This document shows, one piece after another, positions 9,540-20,172 of a stretch of 64,000 nt of DNA. The translations under genes were made by a program, and so were the position numbers. The notes beneath the pieces are model-generated. The model was given only the letters and a program-made list of their open reading frames with translations, did not search any database and was not told where the DNA came from. The DNA comes from a virus. Positions within the stretch are counted from its first letter, which is position 1. Each line of letters starts with the position of its first letter. Location: positions 32,001 through 96,000 of the IMG/VR virus record IMGVR_UViG_3300042290_000327. One strand, 5' to 3'.

Positions 9540-10678
9540 AAAAAATTTGGTATGCTCCGTATAAGTTTGAATCTTACGGAGAAGAAGAGATTAAAGCAGT
9601 AGAAGAATCTCTCCGTTCAGGATGGCTAGGAGGACAAGGTCCTAAGTCGGGTGAATTTGAAGAAAAGATTGCTGCCCGCTTTGGTAAGAAGTACGGTTTA
9701 TTTGTTAACTCCGGGTCATCTGCCTGTTTATTAGCTATTGCAGCTTTAAATCTACCTAAGGGAAGTAAGATTATTACACCTGCTTGTACATTCTCAACTA
9801 CTCTAGCTCCTATCCTACAGCTAGGATACAGGCCGGTATTTGTAGATGTGAGCTTAAGTGATTATGTTGCTAATCTCGATCAAGTAGTAGCAGCTATTAC
9901 TCCGGATGTAAAAGCAATTATGCTACCAAACCTCATTGGTAACAAGCCTGATTGGAAGCGTCTTAGGCAAGAAATTAGACTACTAGGTAGAGCCGATATA
10001 TACCTAATCGAAGACTCAGCTGATACAATCACAGAGACTCTAGAGTCTGATATTGCTACTACTAGCTTCTATGCCTCACACGTTATTACAGCCGGCGGAG
10101 TAGGCGGCATGGTTATGTTTAACGATAAGAAACACGTTACGTTAGCCCTTCAGTACAGAGACTGGGGCCGCCTAGGAGACGATTCTGAAATTATGGACGA
10201 CCGCTTTAACCACATTGTGGACGGTATTCCTTACGATCACAAGTTTCTATATTCGGTACTGGGCTATCATATGAAGGCAAGTGAAATGAATGCTGCTTTC
10301 GGACTAGTTCAATTAAGCCGTTTTAAAAAGTTCGCACAAATTCGTAGAGCAAATATCGAACGATACATTGAGAACCTCTATGGGGTAGGAGACCTAATCC
10401 TTCCAGATGATTCAATTAAACCAAACTGGCTTGCTCTTCCTCTGCAAACTGAACGTCGTTTTGAACTACTTACATTCTTAGAAAATAATAACATTCAGAC
10501 CCGTGTAACGTTTGCTGGTAATGTAACCCGTCACCCAGCCTATAGAGAGTTCTTACAGGATTTCGAAAACGCAGATACTATTATGAAAAATGGTTTCTTG
10601 TTAGGAGCACACCACGGAATGACTATCGAGGATGTAGATTACGTCTGCGATAAGATTAAAGATTTTTTTAACCGGTGA
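9536..10678 (+). CDS. DegT/DnrJ-fold PLP/PMP enzyme, RfbH/ColD-type sugar 3-dehydratase
   Basis: VNSGSSA, IEDSAD, SFYASHVITAGGVGG (His at the catalytic Lys position), RDWGR, FAGNVTRHPAY. Confidence 0.8.
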   Translation: MKKIWYAPYKFESYGEEEIKAVEESLRSGWLGGQGPKSGEFEEKIAARFGKKYGLFVNSGSSACLLAIAALNLPKGSKIITPACTFSTTLAPILQLGYRPVFVDVSLSDYVANLDQVVAAITPDVKAIMLPNLIGNKPDWKRLRQEIRLLGRADIYLIEDSADTITETLESDIATTSFYASHVITAGGVGGMVMFNDKKHVTLALQYRDWGRLGDDSEIMDDRFNHIVDGIPYDHKFLYSVLGYHMKASEMNAAFGLVQLSRFKKFAQIRRANIERYIENLYGVGDLILPDDSIKPNWLALPLQTERRFELLTFLENNNIQTRVTFAGNVTRHPAYREFLQDFENADTIMKNGFLLGAHHGMTIEDVDYVCDKIKDFFNR

Positions 10679-11397
10679 AAGTAGTTATTCTCGGTAACGG
10701 CTTACTAGGCACAGAGCTTGTAAAGCAATCAAGATGGGATATTATTTCTCGTAAAGAAGATGGCTTTGATATTACAAATCCCTCTACATTCGACCTCTTG
10801 CTAGAATGTACAGAAGATCTGCATTTAGGAAAAGCTATATGTAAAGCTAGGTATGACACAGTTATTAACTGTATAGCATTTACAGACACCTACTCTGAAG
10901 ATAAAAGTAAGCACTGGGGTGTAAACTACAGAGGAGTAGCTGACCTCGTTAAATTTTGCAATACCTGGGATATAAAACTGGTGCACATTTCTACTGATTA
11001 TGTATACGCTAACTCTATCGGGATACCTTCCGAAGAAGACGTACCAGTGCATCAGGCAACGCATTACGCACATACTAAATTGCTAGCGGATGGGTATGTA
11101 GAGTTAAAAGCTATTCACTATTTGATTATCAGAGCCACTCACAAATCCTATCCTTTTCCTTATAAAGGAGCTTGGATAGATCAGCTAGGGAACTTTGACT
11201 ACGTAAATGTTATAGCAGCTGGAATTATTAAGAGTATTGAAAAGCAGGTAGAGGGGGTCTTAAATATAGGAACAGAGTTTAAAAGTATGTTTAACCTGGC
11301 CCGAAGAACCAACCCTACTGTAACTCCTATACGAATCAAAGATATAAAAATACCTCTGAACACGCAGATGGATGTAAGCAAGTTTAATAGTTTATGA
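10675..11397 (+). CDS. RmlD-like NDP-4-keto-6-deoxysugar reductase
   Basis: GNGLLG, NCIAFT, HISTDYV, YAHTK; GTG start. Confidence 0.8.
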   Translation: MKVVILGNGLLGTELVKQSRWDIISRKEDGFDITNPSTFDLLLECTEDLHLGKAICKARYDTVINCIAFTDTYSEDKSKHWGVNYRGVADLVKFCNTWDIKLVHISTDYVYANSIGIPSEEDVPVHQATHYAHTKLLADGYVELKAIHYLIIRATHKSYPFPYKGAWIDQLGNFDYVNVIAAGIIKSIEKQVEGVLNIGTEFKSMFNLARRTNPTVTPIRIKDIKIPLNTQMDVSKFNSL

Positions 11398-11618
11398 AAC
11401 TTCATATAGCACTACCTAAAATTAGGACTAATCCTAGGCAAGAATTTAAATGTCCAGACAAACCAGTCTCTCAGCTTAAATATAATAACCTAGACTTTCA
11501 AATATATTTTGTCGCAAATGTACCTGATCCCGAGTTTAGTAGCTATTCTACTACCTTAAACAAGATACAGGAGAGTATTTTAAATCTTGAATTTAGTATT
11601 TTAAGCGAAACTTTATGA
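11394..11618 (+). CDS. Hypothetical 74-aa protein, possibly a remnant
   Basis: ATGA overlaps with both neighbours. Confidence 0.4.
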   Translation: MKLHIALPKIRTNPRQEFKCPDKPVSQLKYNNLDFQIYFVANVPDPEFSSYSTTLNKIQESILNLEFSILSETL

Positions 11619-12640
11619 TAAAGATCAGGCTAGTGCAACCAGATCTGCATCGGAATGAGATTGCTTTCCGGCCGTATTGGAGAGCTAGAGAAGTATTCAA
11701 GCAAGTAGGTATAGAATTTATTACCGAAGATGCTTCTTATGATTTTGCTTTTATTGCACAGGCAAGTTTTATTGATAAGCAAGTTTCCTTATCTGAATCA
11801 ATTGAAAAAGGAATAGAATTTGTTTCTAAATTTGGTAAGGATGTATTGTTGCTAGACGGACAAGATTCTCATTCCCTGATAGGTACTGCAGAGATCCTGA
11901 AAGGCACAGACGTTAGAGTTATGTTTAAGAATACTTTGCTAAAAGACCTCTCCCAATACAAGCAAGGATGGGTTAACGGCAGAACCTACTGGGGTAATGG
12001 GGACTACTCAGTACCTTACATTGATGATATTAGAGATAGGATAAAGCTGAGCGGTACAAACTGGCTTTCAACTATAACTCCTACCTGGTATAAGTACGAC
12101 AGTAATAAGCCTTTTGATGTATCGTGTATGTTTAGCTGGGGGGATAATTCAAATTACGAGTACGGTAATCTTACCTCTCCCCATTATGACAATCACCGCA
12201 AAGAACTTTTAAAGAAGTTAGAAAACACTTCTTACAAGGTTACAAAAAGAGAAAAAGGAGTAAGAATTCCTCAAGATCAATTCTATCAGAATATGTACAA
12301 CTCTAAAATTGTTACAGCTCCTATCGGGTACGGGGAGATAGCAGTTAGAGATATTGAAGCAGCTAGCTTTGGCAGTGTATTGCTAAAGCCGGATATGTCT
12401 CATTTAGATTCATATCCTTTTATCTATAAGGATAAAGAAACATACATTGCATGTAAGTATGATTGGTCTGACGTACTAGAAAAGATAGACTATATTCTGA
12501 CTAATTACAACGAACTGCAGCCTTACCTGACTGAGAATATTAAAAATGAATACACCCAGCAGTACTCCAACGAAAGCTTAGTTAAGTATTTTTATAATCA
12601 ACTATTAACAGTACAAGGAATTGGACATGAGAATAACTAA
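11615..12640 (+). CDS. Putative glycosyltransferase (GT-B C-terminal domain)
   Basis: Y.SKI..APIGYGE..RD.EA...G.VLLKP. Confidence 0.65.
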   Translation: MIKIRLVQPDLHRNEIAFRPYWRAREVFKQVGIEFITEDASYDFAFIAQASFIDKQVSLSESIEKGIEFVSKFGKDVLLLDGQDSHSLIGTAEILKGTDVRVMFKNTLLKDLSQYKQGWVNGRTYWGNGDYSVPYIDDIRDRIKLSGTNWLSTITPTWYKYDSNKPFDVSCMFSWGDNSNYEYGNLTSPHYDNHRKELLKKLENTSYKVTKREKGVRIPQDQFYQNMYNSKIVTAPIGYGEIAVRDIEAASFGSVLLKPDMSHLDSYPFIYKDKETYIACKYDWSDVLEKIDYILTNYNELQPYLTENIKNEYTQQYSNESLVKYFYNQLLTVQGIGHENN

Positions 12641-13055
12641 CATAGATACTTTAAGCGCCTACCTTGATAGGCTTATTACTGAAAGCATTAAGTTATATTT
12701 TTTTAATAAAGATGGCCTAGCTGATAAAGTAGCTCATCAAAGAGAATTAATTGACGAAATAAAACTTAAAATTTCGGAACTATTAGTTGAATCCACAGAA
12801 AGTAACTCGTATATTTATTTAGAAGAGCATCGAACTTTTGATGAGAATTCTATTGTTGAACAGCTTGAAGAGCTTATTCAAAATGATATTAATATAGGAG
12901 AAGCAGATAGGGCTAGATTAGAAGAAACAAAAAAAGCTGAACCTAGTTTGGAAAGAATGATAGTTAACGAAAAAAGACTTCGTAAAGCTAACGAAGGTAG
13001 AGCAGCTAACAAGAACGAAATAGATAGAACTTTTAAAAGTATAGTTGAGAAATGA
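12627..13055 (+). CDS. Helical protein, DUF6165/DUF4254-like, as seen in glycan loci
   Basis: LDRLI...IK, NE.RA..K.EID pattern. Confidence 0.4.
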   Translation: MRITNIDTLSAYLDRLITESIKLYFFNKDGLADKVAHQRELIDEIKLKISELLVESTESNSYIYLEEHRTFDENSIVEQLEELIQNDINIGEADRARLEETKKAEPSLERMIVNEKRLRKANEGRAANKNEIDRTFKSIVEK

Positions 13056-14050
13056 ATAAGACTGTTTTAATTACAGGGGTTGCTGGCTTGTTAGGATCTA
13101 GATTAGCAGACTGGATTATAAAGAACAAACCAGGTTACAGAGTAATAGGAATCGATGACTTGAGCGGAGGCTATAAGGAGAACATCCACCCAGATGTAAC
13201 TTTCTGGCAAATGGATCTGGTTGATCATCCTATCGAAAATTGTTTTGAAGCTCATAAGCCTGATTACGTATTTCACTTTGCAGCCTATGCTGCAGAGGGA
13301 CTGTCTCCTTTTATACGCACATACAACTACAAGAACAATCTAGTAGCTACAGCTCGGATTGTTAATGAATGCATCAAGCATGATGTAGAAAGGCTGGTGT
13401 TTACCTCTACCATGGCCGTTTACGGATTTGGAGAGGGAGGTATTTTTCATGAGGATATGAAGCGCTCTCCAATCGATCCTTACGGAGTAGCTAAATCAGC
13501 TTGTGAGCATGATATTGAAATCGCCAACCAGCAGCACGGACTTGACTACTGCATTATCAGACCTCATAACGTCTACGGCGCTAATCAAAACATCTGGGAC
13601 AAGTACCGCAACGTTCTTGGGATTTGGATGTACTATCATATGGAAGGTCAGCCGGTAACTATTTTTGGAGACGGTACTCAAAAGAGAGCATTTAGCTACA
13701 TCGATGATTCTTTAGAACCTCTATGGAATGCTGCAGTACGCCCTGAAGCTTCCAAGCAGATTATTAACCTAGGAGGTATTCAAGAGTATTCTATCAACGA
13801 AGCAGCTGATATTCTAACTGAAGTTGTTGGAGGTGCTGAAAGAGTTTATTTAGAGAAACGCCACGAGGTACATTACGCTATCCCAACCTACGACAAGTCT
13901 ATCGAGCTACTAGGATTCCAGCACAAAACAGATCTTAAAGAAGGTTTGACTAAGATGTGGGAATGGGCTCAGCACCAACCTAAACGAGAGAGATTTGTTT
14001 GGGAGAATTACGAAATAGAAAAAGGAATTTATTCGTTCTGGAAAAAATAA
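13052..14050 (+). CDS. NAD-dependent epimerase/dehydratase
   Basis: TGVAGLLG, FTSTMAVYG, PYGVAK, RPHNVYG, GDGTQKRAFS. Confidence 0.9.
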   Translation: MNKTVLITGVAGLLGSRLADWIIKNKPGYRVIGIDDLSGGYKENIHPDVTFWQMDLVDHPIENCFEAHKPDYVFHFAAYAAEGLSPFIRTYNYKNNLVATARIVNECIKHDVERLVFTSTMAVYGFGEGGIFHEDMKRSPIDPYGVAKSACEHDIEIANQQHGLDYCIIRPHNVYGANQNIWDKYRNVLGIWMYYHMEGQPVTIFGDGTQKRAFSYIDDSLEPLWNAAVRPEASKQIINLGGIQEYSINEAADILTEVVGGAERVYLEKRHEVHYAIPTYDKSIELLGFQHKTDLKEGLTKMWEWAQHQPKRERFVWENYEIEKGIYSFWKK

Positions 14051-14052
14051 AC

Positions 14053-14937
14053 ATGAAGCGGATTGTTATAATTCCTTGCTTTGGTGAAGGGCACTTTACT
14101 GCCTTACAGATTGAAAATCTTGTAAACACTATAAAGCCTACTCACATTATTTACAATGAAGGACTATTCCCAAAAGGACCTGAAAATAAAGGAGGAGTAG
14201 ATGAAAGCTTTCGTAAAGAGTTCTGTTTCGAGGATACTAACCTAGCCTGGGATACGCAAGTAGTACAAGCAGCTGTAAAAGAAGCTCAAATAAAGTACCC
14301 CGAGATACAAATTACCTGGAATGCAGTAGACTACTCAGCCATAGATGCTAACGACTGCTACGTACATTCAGTTAGTAACTTTGAAGAATTAGGTGTAGTT
14401 GTACAAGAAGGAGATTTGATATTTCCTCTCGAAGGAGATGTATTCTTTCACAAAAATGATACCGACTTACTAGAAGAACTTATCTCCAATTTAAATCCTG
14501 ATGAAGGTCTTCAAGCTCCGTACTTAGACTTTATGGAGAATCAATACTACATAGAGGCAGAAAGTTTAGATCCTTCCCGCATTCATAAAAGAAGAATTGT
14601 TATTAAGTTTGGAACCTGGGAATACTACAGAGAGGTTGTAAAGAACTTCACAAGTCAGAAATACCCTCAGCTAACAATCTTTCCAAGATACGTATTTCAC
14701 TATGCCTGGTGGAGACCCGGTAAGTATAAAGATCTTAGATTTAGACAACTCATACGCCCAGAAGCTTACAGAAATGCTTTTAAGTCTGCATTAGAGCAGG
14801 CTAAGCATAACAACCAGGACAATATTATTATCAGGCCGGATAGATTAGAAGCTGATCCTCTACGTTATATAACTCGAATTAATATAGATCACCCGTTGGA
14901 GATCTATACTCATCCTAACTATATTAAAGCATTATGA
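14053..14937 (+). CDS. Putative GT-A glycosyltransferase
   Basis: IIPCFGE, NEG, LEGDVF, FHYAW; ATG 14053 preferred over the track start. Confidence 0.5.
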   Translation: MKRIVIIPCFGEGHFTALQIENLVNTIKPTHIIYNEGLFPKGPENKGGVDESFRKEFCFEDTNLAWDTQVVQAAVKEAQIKYPEIQITWNAVDYSAIDANDCYVHSVSNFEELGVVVQEGDLIFPLEGDVFFHKNDTDLLEELISNLNPDEGLQAPYLDFMENQYYIEAESLDPSRIHKRRIVIKFGTWEYYREVVKNFTSQKYPQLTIFPRYVFHYAWWRPGKYKDLRFRQLIRPEAYRNAFKSALEQAKHNNQDNIIIRPDRLEADPLRYITRINIDHPLEIYTHPNYIKAL

Positions 14938-15506
14938 CACTAGCTGAAAACAAATACCAGGAACACTGTGGGAGGTATTCCGATATACATGAACATTTAC
15001 CTACACTTTATAAGTATGCAGCTGAATGTGATCATGTAACTGAGATGGGAGTTCGTGAAGTAGTATCTACTTGGGCTTTCCTGCATGCAAAACCTTCTCG
15101 GTTAGTTTCGTATGACCTATTTACATCTTCAAATATTTCACTAGCCAAGCAAGCTGCAAAAGAAATTGAAGTTGATTTTACTTTTATACAAGCAAACGTA
15201 TTAGATGTTGTAATAGAAGAGACAGACTTACTTTTTATAGACACCTGGCATAAGTACGGGCAACTATCTCAGGAACTTCCAATGCATTGCAACGCTGTAC
15301 GTAAGTACATTATACTACACGATACGACAAAGTACGCAACTCAGGATGAAGGTACTTGGGGCCGGTATAGCGATCAAAGGACAGAAGGCAAACAGAAGGC
15401 TGGACTCTGGTCAGCTGTTGAAGAGTTCTTAGAAATAAACCCCGAGTGGAGTATTGCTGAAAGATTTACAAACAATAACGGACTTACTGTACTTAAAAGA
15501 ATATGA
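14934..15506 (+). CDS. Class I SAM methyltransferase (Methyltransf_24-like)
   Basis: EMGVR..ST, DLLFIDTWH.Y, ILHDT, NNNGL. Confidence 0.8.
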   Translation: MTLAENKYQEHCGRYSDIHEHLPTLYKYAAECDHVTEMGVREVVSTWAFLHAKPSRLVSYDLFTSSNISLAKQAAKEIEVDFTFIQANVLDVVIEETDLLFIDTWHKYGQLSQELPMHCNAVRKYIILHDTTKYATQDEGTWGRYSDQRTEGKQKAGLWSAVEEFLEINPEWSIAERFTNNNGLTVLKRI

Positions 15507-16147
15507 GACAACTAGCTGAAGAGATAATTAGGGAGGGTATTACAAAGGTAAGCCTTGAAAGATTCGAAACAATAATTAGGCATTTTGATAAAATTAATGC
15601 AGTAGAAGGAGATATTATTGAATGCGGAGTATGGAAAGGTGGAATGGGAGTCTTTCTTTCAAAAATATTCGAAAACAGAACTATCTGGCTTGCCGACAGC
15701 TACCAAGGGTTTGAAAACCAAAAAACCAGTACCTACTTTTTTAAAGATGAAAATCACCATGAAGGACCCAGAATGGTTGCACCTCTACAAATAATTCAGG
15801 ACAGCCTTAAAAAATTTGGCCTTGAAGAAGGTAATCGTATTAAGTTTTTAAAGGGGTTTGTAAAAGATACTTTGCCTGATGCAGGCATAGGTACCATTGC
15901 ACTACTCAGAGTAGACGTCGATGCCTACTCGGCAACTAGAGATGTATTGGATAACCTGTACGACAAAGTACAAAAAGGAGGTTATATTATTTTTGATGAT
16001 ACTAGCCTCAACGAATCTCGAGCAGCAATAAAAGACTTTATACAAGAACGAGGTATTTCTTTCACTCTACTCCACCCCGAAACTGATAAGGAAGTAAATC
16101 TAAATACAGGCTCTCTTCCTTCCGGATGTTACACAATTAAACAATAG
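15503..16147 (+). CDS. TylF/MycF/NovP sugar O-methyltransferase
   Basis: GDIIECGVWKGG, DSYQG, GF..DTL, LLRVDVD.Y, GG.IIFDD. Confidence 0.85.
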   Translation: MRQLAEEIIREGITKVSLERFETIIRHFDKINAVEGDIIECGVWKGGMGVFLSKIFENRTIWLADSYQGFENQKTSTYFFKDENHHEGPRMVAPLQIIQDSLKKFGLEEGNRIKFLKGFVKDTLPDAGIGTIALLRVDVDAYSATRDVLDNLYDKVQKGGYIIFDDTSLNESRAAIKDFIQERGISFTLLHPETDKEVNLNTGSLPSGCYTIKQ

Positions 16148-16148
16148 T

Positions 16149-16886
16149 ATGAAAACACTAGCAGTTATTTACAACCACAATCTTCCTGATCTAACCGATC
16201 AGCTTTTTGAATCTCTAGAAGCACATAGAGATGATTCTTATGACCTAATCATTATAGATAACGGTTCTACACCGGAAGGTAAAAGCAAATACACTACTCA
16301 CGAGACAGGACAGAATGTTTACTTTGGGGGAGCTTTAAACCTTGCTATGCAATTGTTTTTAGAGAATAAAGAATACGACAGTCTGCTTTCTCTCAATAAC
16401 GATTTAATTCTACATGGAGGTAACTTTGTTAAATCTCTTCGCAAAGCTATGTTCGAAAAAGATTACAAAATTGTTTCTCCTTGTGTACTACAGCCTCAAA
16501 AGAACCAGTGCAAATGGAAGTATGTTCATTGCTGGTCTGCTACCGAAGTACGTGATGTTAAGTGGGTAGACTTTCAAGCACCTTTAATGCATAGAGACTT
16601 AGTTGAGAAGATTAGTCAGTTTTCTAATCAGCTGATCTACGGCTGGGGACAGGATGTATACTCAGGTATTGTTTGTGAACAGAACAACTGGAAAGTTGGA
16701 GTAGTTGACTGGTGTCCAGTCATACATTACTCAGCTCAGACCTACAAGCAGGAAAAAAGTAACTTATCTCTAAATGAATACTGTATGAATGCAGAAGGAA
16801 ATATGTTTAAGTTCTTTGAAAATAACGATTTAGTTCGTATATTCAATGAATACAGAACTCTCTCTGCAAATTATACCTATGCGTAA
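16149..16886 (+). CDS. Glycosyltransferase family 2
   Basis: IIDNGS, LNND, YGWGQD. Confidence 0.75.
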   Translation: MKTLAVIYNHNLPDLTDQLFESLEAHRDDSYDLIIIDNGSTPEGKSKYTTHETGQNVYFGGALNLAMQLFLENKEYDSLLSLNNDLILHGGNFVKSLRKAMFEKDYKIVSPCVLQPQKNQCKWKYVHCWSATEVRDVKWVDFQAPLMHRDLVEKISQFSNQLIYGWGQDVYSGIVCEQNNWKVGVVDWCPVIHYSAQTYKQEKSNLSLNEYCMNAEGNMFKFFENNDLVRIFNEYRTLSANYTYA

Positions 16887-17616
16887 CGTTGTCTTCATCA
16901 CGAATCTAGCCACAAACTACGATACTGTTAACTATTCTCAGTTCTGCTTAAACACCTGGCAGCACTGGTGCAAGCGACACGATGTAGAACTCATCGTATT
17001 AGATCAACCTCTAGTAGATCCTACTGAGATGAAAGCTACCTGGCAGAGGTGGTACGTCTTAGATATACTAGAGACAAATAATATTGAGTACGATCAGGTA
17101 GCACTGGTGGATATCGATACGATGATTCACTGGGATGCTCCTAACTTCTTTAATGAGACTAAGCATAATCTAGCAGCTTGTGTGGATAATGACAACGTAG
17201 GATGGGTATGGCAGAGCTTGAAAGGCTACCAGCACCTCTTCCCAGAAGTCAAATTGGATTGGGTTGATTACTACAATTGCGGATTCGTAGTAATAAACAA
17301 GCAGCATAGAGATCTTTGTACTGCTATTACTGACTTCTGGCATAAAAACTCAGAAACTCTAGTATACTTACAGACAACTCTGCGCAAAGGAACAGATCAA
17401 ACTCCTGTTAATTACCTCACCCGGCAGTCAGAGTACGATGTAACACTATTGAGTAAGAGATGGAATCTAACTCACCTTAACCGGAAAGAACTGCTCAATG
17501 ATTTTATGTTCGTTGACTGCGGATATGTATGGCATTTTAATGGGTTTGACAAAGAACATCGCCTAAGCTTTATGAGTCAGACCTGGGATAAATACAAGTC
17601 AAACTATGGGAACTAA
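16879..17616 (+). CDS. GT-A glycosyltransferase (GT8/GT34-like)
   Basis: VDIDT, YYNCGF, DQTPVN, WN, WHFNG. Confidence 0.7.
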   Translation: MRNVVFITNLATNYDTVNYSQFCLNTWQHWCKRHDVELIVLDQPLVDPTEMKATWQRWYVLDILETNNIEYDQVALVDIDTMIHWDAPNFFNETKHNLAACVDNDNVGWVWQSLKGYQHLFPEVKLDWVDYYNCGFVVINKQHRDLCTAITDFWHKNSETLVYLQTTLRKGTDQTPVNYLTRQSEYDVTLLSKRWNLTHLNRKELLNDFMFVDCGYVWHFNGFDKEHRLSFMSQTWDKYKSNYGN

Positions 17617-18553
17617 ATTTGCTATTGGATGTCTCGTACAATGGTACGAAGTACATATGGTAGAAGAATACTTCAGCACTCTACGCAAATCTATCGATAG
17701 CTACTTAGGAGAAGTTTTAGTAGATATTCTAGTATGCGCCAGTCAAGAACTAGAAGTAGCCCAGCAAGGAAAGTTAGATTATTGCTTAGATACGATTAAA
17801 GACCTTGCTAGGAAGTATAACTTTAGCAGCAACGTAACACCTGACTTAGTTACTATCGCTCAGTACAGACGAGACTTCAACAACAACTACTGTAACCTAG
17901 TTGATATACTTGTATGGGGGGAATCTGATATGTTAGTCCCGCAACAAGCCTTTACGGTATTAGATTACCTACATCAGTCTGTCCCTGATACCCCTAAGTA
18001 CATTACAACATTTGCTATTTGTAAGATGTGGGATAAGAGCTGGGAACCTCTAGAACACCCAGAGTTTACAGACAAGCCTTTTATCGAAGGAGATAGTGAG
18101 AACTGGTGGAATATTCCCTACACGATGACCGAGCAGGAAATGAATAAGTTTAACAATATTGAAGACTTACAGGTAACTTCCATAACCCCTCATAAATTTA
18201 ATGGATGTGGATTAGCAATATCCTCAGAAATTATTAAAGCAGGAGTTAATATACCCTCTTCTGTCTTCTTTATTCACGAAGATACAGCTTTCATGCATGT
18301 GCTTAGTCGGCTGCTTCCTGCAATTCCGCAGTACCATTTTAAGAACTTGCTTGTAGTCCATAATAGAAAGCATCCTAGTAAGAGAAATTACATTGCAGGT
18401 GAGCAAGTTTTTGAAGCAAAGGACATAGATAGTAAAAGAAAATCCCACAACTGGTACAAGTTAGCTAACGAATACTGTAGAAGTAATTCAAACAATTTAT
18501 TTAATCCTAATTATAAATCCTACACCTGGAAAGACGTTTTTAAAAATGCTTAG
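17606..18553 (+). CDS. Putative GT-A glycosyltransferase
   Basis: WGESD, HEDTAF, VHNRKHP; cluster context. Confidence 0.5.
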   Translation: MGTKFAIGCLVQWYEVHMVEEYFSTLRKSIDSYLGEVLVDILVCASQELEVAQQGKLDYCLDTIKDLARKYNFSSNVTPDLVTIAQYRRDFNNNYCNLVDILVWGESDMLVPQQAFTVLDYLHQSVPDTPKYITTFAICKMWDKSWEPLEHPEFTDKPFIEGDSENWWNIPYTMTEQEMNKFNNIEDLQVTSITPHKFNGCGLAISSEIIKAGVNIPSSVFFIHEDTAFMHVLSRLLPAIPQYHFKNLLVVHNRKHPSKRNYIAGEQVFEAKDIDSKRKSHNWYKLANEYCRSNSNNLFNPNYKSYTWKDVFKNA

Positions 18554-19292
18554 AATCTACTACAGAATATCAGAAACAGGTTATAACAAAGTTAAACCTT
18601 CTTTTATTAACAACGAGAACTGCTTACGAAATTTTGTGAAACATTTCGATCCTAGTACCATAACAGTAATAGCTGACAATATAGGAGAGGAAACTTTTGC
18701 AATGATCTCCAAGTATGTACCGGTTGAGAATATACAGAAGCACTCTGTAGGTAACGGAGCAGGTACTTTTAATTTAGCGTTAGATCAAGCTCTTAAATTA
18801 GAAGACGACACTACTGTGTATTTTGTAGAGAATGATTACCTACACAGGGCCGGAGCAAGAAAGGTCTTAGAGGAAATATTTCTAGCAGGTGTAAACTACG
18901 TGACTCTCTACGATCATCCAGATAAGTACATACTCGCTGAACATGGAGGAAACAAGCTATGCAAAGACGGACCTGAAGTCACTCGAGTATTTGTATCTCA
19001 GCACACTCACTGGAAGGTAACTAATTCTACCACTATGACTTTTGCTACTAAGGTCAAGACCTTGAAAGCAGATGAAGATATCCTGCGCAAGTACACAAAC
19101 GGAATTCACCCAGAGAGTGGAAAGGTAACGGGACATCCCTACGACTTCTCTATGTTTTTGGAATTAAACGCTCGCAAGCGTATATTAATAAGCCCTATAC
19201 CTGGGTACTCTACTCACGGAGAAACATATTTTATGTCTCCTTTAATAAATTGGCAAAGCGAAGTTGATGATTACCACGTGCATCTCCACTAA
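18546..19292 (+). CDS. Putative GT-A glycosyltransferase
   Basis: IADN, YFVENDYLH, YDHPDKY, STTMTFA, PG.STH. Confidence 0.6.
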   Translation: MLRIYYRISETGYNKVKPSFINNENCLRNFVKHFDPSTITVIADNIGEETFAMISKYVPVENIQKHSVGNGAGTFNLALDQALKLEDDTTVYFVENDYLHRAGARKVLEEIFLAGVNYVTLYDHPDKYILAEHGGNKLCKDGPEVTRVFVSQHTHWKVTNSTTMTFATKVKTLKADEDILRKYTNGIHPESGKVTGHPYDFSMFLELNARKRILISPIPGYSTHGETYFMSPLINWQSEVDDYHVHLH

Positions 19293-20172
19293 TAATAACT
19301 TAAACTACCTTAAGCTAGCTATTGCTTCTGTAAGGAAGAATGCATACTATAAGGGCCAACCTATTATTGTGCATGCTGAAAACTGCACTGACGGAACGGA
19401 TGAATGGCTGCAAGCAGAGGCTTTAAGCTTAGGAGTAGAGTATTATATTGATCATAATACTAAACCTAAAGGTATTGGAGGGGGAATGAACTTCTGCGTC
19501 GATAAAGCTCAGTCAGAGTTTGTTAACATTATTCATTCTGATATGTGGATAGGCCCTAACCAGGACTTAGAACTGCTTAAGCTATTTGAAAATACTAAGA
19601 GTAAATTAATTGCTTCTTCGTTTAGAATACAACCTAAAATCTTCCCAACCGATCCAGACTATAGACCGGGAACAGTATTCTTCCCACCTGAGGCATTTGG
19701 GGAGTTTCACTACAATTTTAACTCTGAATTATTTGACCAATTTGCCTCAGAGTTTTCTGAATTAAACAAAGAAGCTGTAGTACGCAAAGGAGGTGGAGCA
19801 GGGTTTTTCTGTCGCAAAAAAGACTTTGTTAATATTGGTGGAAACGATCCTATCTTCTCTCCGTCAAGTTGGGAGGATATGGATCTGTTTATCAGAATGC
19901 AGGTTGAAGGGTATGAGTTTAAAATGGTTGCTACTTCAGTACTGTACCACTTCTCTGCAAGAGGAAGTCACTTTAAAGAAGATAATTTAAAAGAAAAATC
20001 TGATAGGCAAAAATCAGCAGAGTTAGCTAATGTTGCTAAGTTTGGGAACAAGTGGGGACAGCTACCCGAGCATGATGAGCATACTTTTGTGAAACCTATT
20101 TATAATAGTGGAGTGAATTCGGTTATGTCTTTTGAAGAAAACTTAAAATATTTTGAAGGTTATGGAAAGTGA
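19267..20172 (+). CDS. Glycosyltransferase family 2
   Basis: NCTDGT, HSDM, GG.D..F...WEDMDLF.R, YHF..RGS. Confidence 0.8.
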   Translation: MITTCISTNNNLNYLKLAIASVRKNAYYKGQPIIVHAENCTDGTDEWLQAEALSLGVEYYIDHNTKPKGIGGGMNFCVDKAQSEFVNIIHSDMWIGPNQDLELLKLFENTKSKLIASSFRIQPKIFPTDPDYRPGTVFFPPEAFGEFHYNFNSELFDQFASEFSELNKEAVVRKGGGAGFFCRKKDFVNIGGNDPIFSPSSWEDMDLFIRMQVEGYEFKMVATSVLYHFSARGSHFKEDNLKEKSDRQKSAELANVAKFGNKWGQLPEHDEHTFVKPIYNSGVNSVMSFEENLKYFEGYGK

